64,000 nucleotides of DNA. It comes from Octopus sinensis (taxonomy: Eukaryota). The notes beneath the pieces are model-generated. The model was not told where the DNA came from, searched no databases, and worked only from the letters and a program-made list of their open reading frames with translations. A program made the translations under genes and the position numbers. How positions within the stretch are numbered: position 1 is the first letter of the stretch; each line of letters opens with the position of its first letter. The stretch lies in the NCBI RefSeq assembly GCF_006345805.1, contig NC_042997.1:171616001-171680000 (forward strand), read 5' to 3'. Shown here piece after piece: positions 62,666-64,000 of the stretch.

Positions 62666-63116
62666 TACATACATACATACATACATACATACATACATAC
62701 ATACGTATGTAAAAAAACTCGCTTCCTTTATCAAACAACCTTTATTTTCGGTCTTTTCATTTCATACAGACACAAAATGAAGAACAGAAAATCAAGAATG
62801 CAGAAGACTGAACGACAGCAAGGAAAGTCGTTAAGGGCAACTCGGGCTACAATATGGAATCTAACCATAATAGAATTCTGATTCATGATGGAAATTGATT
62901 GCCAGAAGCCACAGAATTGTAAGCAAACTGGTTTAGAATTTGAACCAGTTATTTTCAAGCTAAAAACTATCAAGAGGTTTGGAACTAAATAATTTAAAAC
63001 ATTCTTTTACTCTGTTAGCTATAGTGAACTCTAACCACATGGACAAGCCACACTCATACAAACCTCTCACACTGTTTATACATAGGTGTAAACTTCACTT
63101 ACACAAAGACACACAT

Positions 63117-63159
<43 letters not shown>

Positions 63160-63246
63160 TACACACACACATATATGTATATACAGGTGTGTATACATAA
63201 TAAACATATATATATGTATACACACACACACATATATATGTATGTA

Positions 63247-63277
<31 letters not shown>

Positions 63278-63417
63278 TGATATAGATAGATAGATAGTTA
63301 TACATACATACATACTTACACATACATTCATATATATGTGTATATATACACACATATAGACACAAACACATTCATATACACACATATAGACACATACACA
63401 TATATGTTTATATATAT

Positions 63418-63826
63418 ATCTTTTATCTTTTACTTGTTTCAGTCATTAGACTGTGCCATACTGGGGCACTGCCTTGAATTTTAGTCAAATGAATCAACCA
63501 AAGTACTTATTTTTTAAGCCTGGTACTTATTCTATTAGTCTCTTTTGCCAAACCGCTAAGTTACTGGGATGTAAACACACCAACACTGGTTGCCAAGCGG
63601 ATATGGGGGCAAACAGAAACAAAAAGATACGCACACATAGATATATATATACATATGTATATGATGGACTTCTTTCAGTTTCTTTCTACGACATCCACTC
63701 ACAAGACTTTGGTCAGCCTGAGGCTATTGCAGAAGACATTTGCTCAAGGTGCCACCTAGTGGGACTGAACCCAGAACCATATGGTTGGGAAGCAAGCTTC
63801 TTACCACACAGCCACTCCTGCACCTA
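63418..63826 (-). mobile_element. SINE family A, antisense
   Basis: Reverse complement of the consensus, ending cacacagccactcctgcacctat. Confidence 0.85.
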
Positions 63827-64000
63827 TGTATATCTTATGTATGCATGTCTGTATACATATATATAAATGTGCATGTATGTGTGTGTGTATGTGTATAGGT
63901 ATATATACATACACACACATATAAGTAAGACTCCCGACTATATATGTGTATGTGTGTGTGCATGTGTGAGTGAGTGTGTGTGTGTAGATAGATAGATAGC

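Overview
AT-rich, microsatellite-saturated animal genomic DNA. The SINE, LINE and mariner repertoire is most consistent with an octopus (coleoid cephalopod); this is an inference from repeat families, not a database match. No host gene can be identified with confidence. There are only a few candidate spliced exons, mostly on the minus strand. The window is dominated by mobile DNA: (1) a three-level nest at the left end, where a 5'-truncated RTE LINE sits inside the ORF1 end of a Tx1/L1-like LINE whose 5' end abuts a cut tRNA-derived SINE head; (2) a GC-rich, nearly intact CR1-clade LINE (8138-10563); (3) R4/Dong-like and RTE fragments; (4) mariner, maT and Tc1 remnants; (5) a Helitron-like composite; (6) at least three tRNA-SINE families; (7) a 1.5-kb foldback element with 674-bp arms, beside a 1.63-kb tandem duplication. 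The most striking unexplained structure is a set of at least eight minimal type I hammerhead-ribozyme-like motifs from several unrelated short repeat families, probably derived from Penelope-like elements. Several are arranged as back-to-back palindromes whose axis lies at the ribozyme's 5' stem, and one family has a covariant U3:A8 core. All alignments and folds were done by eye, and repeat boundaries are approximate to about 10-20 bp unless stated.
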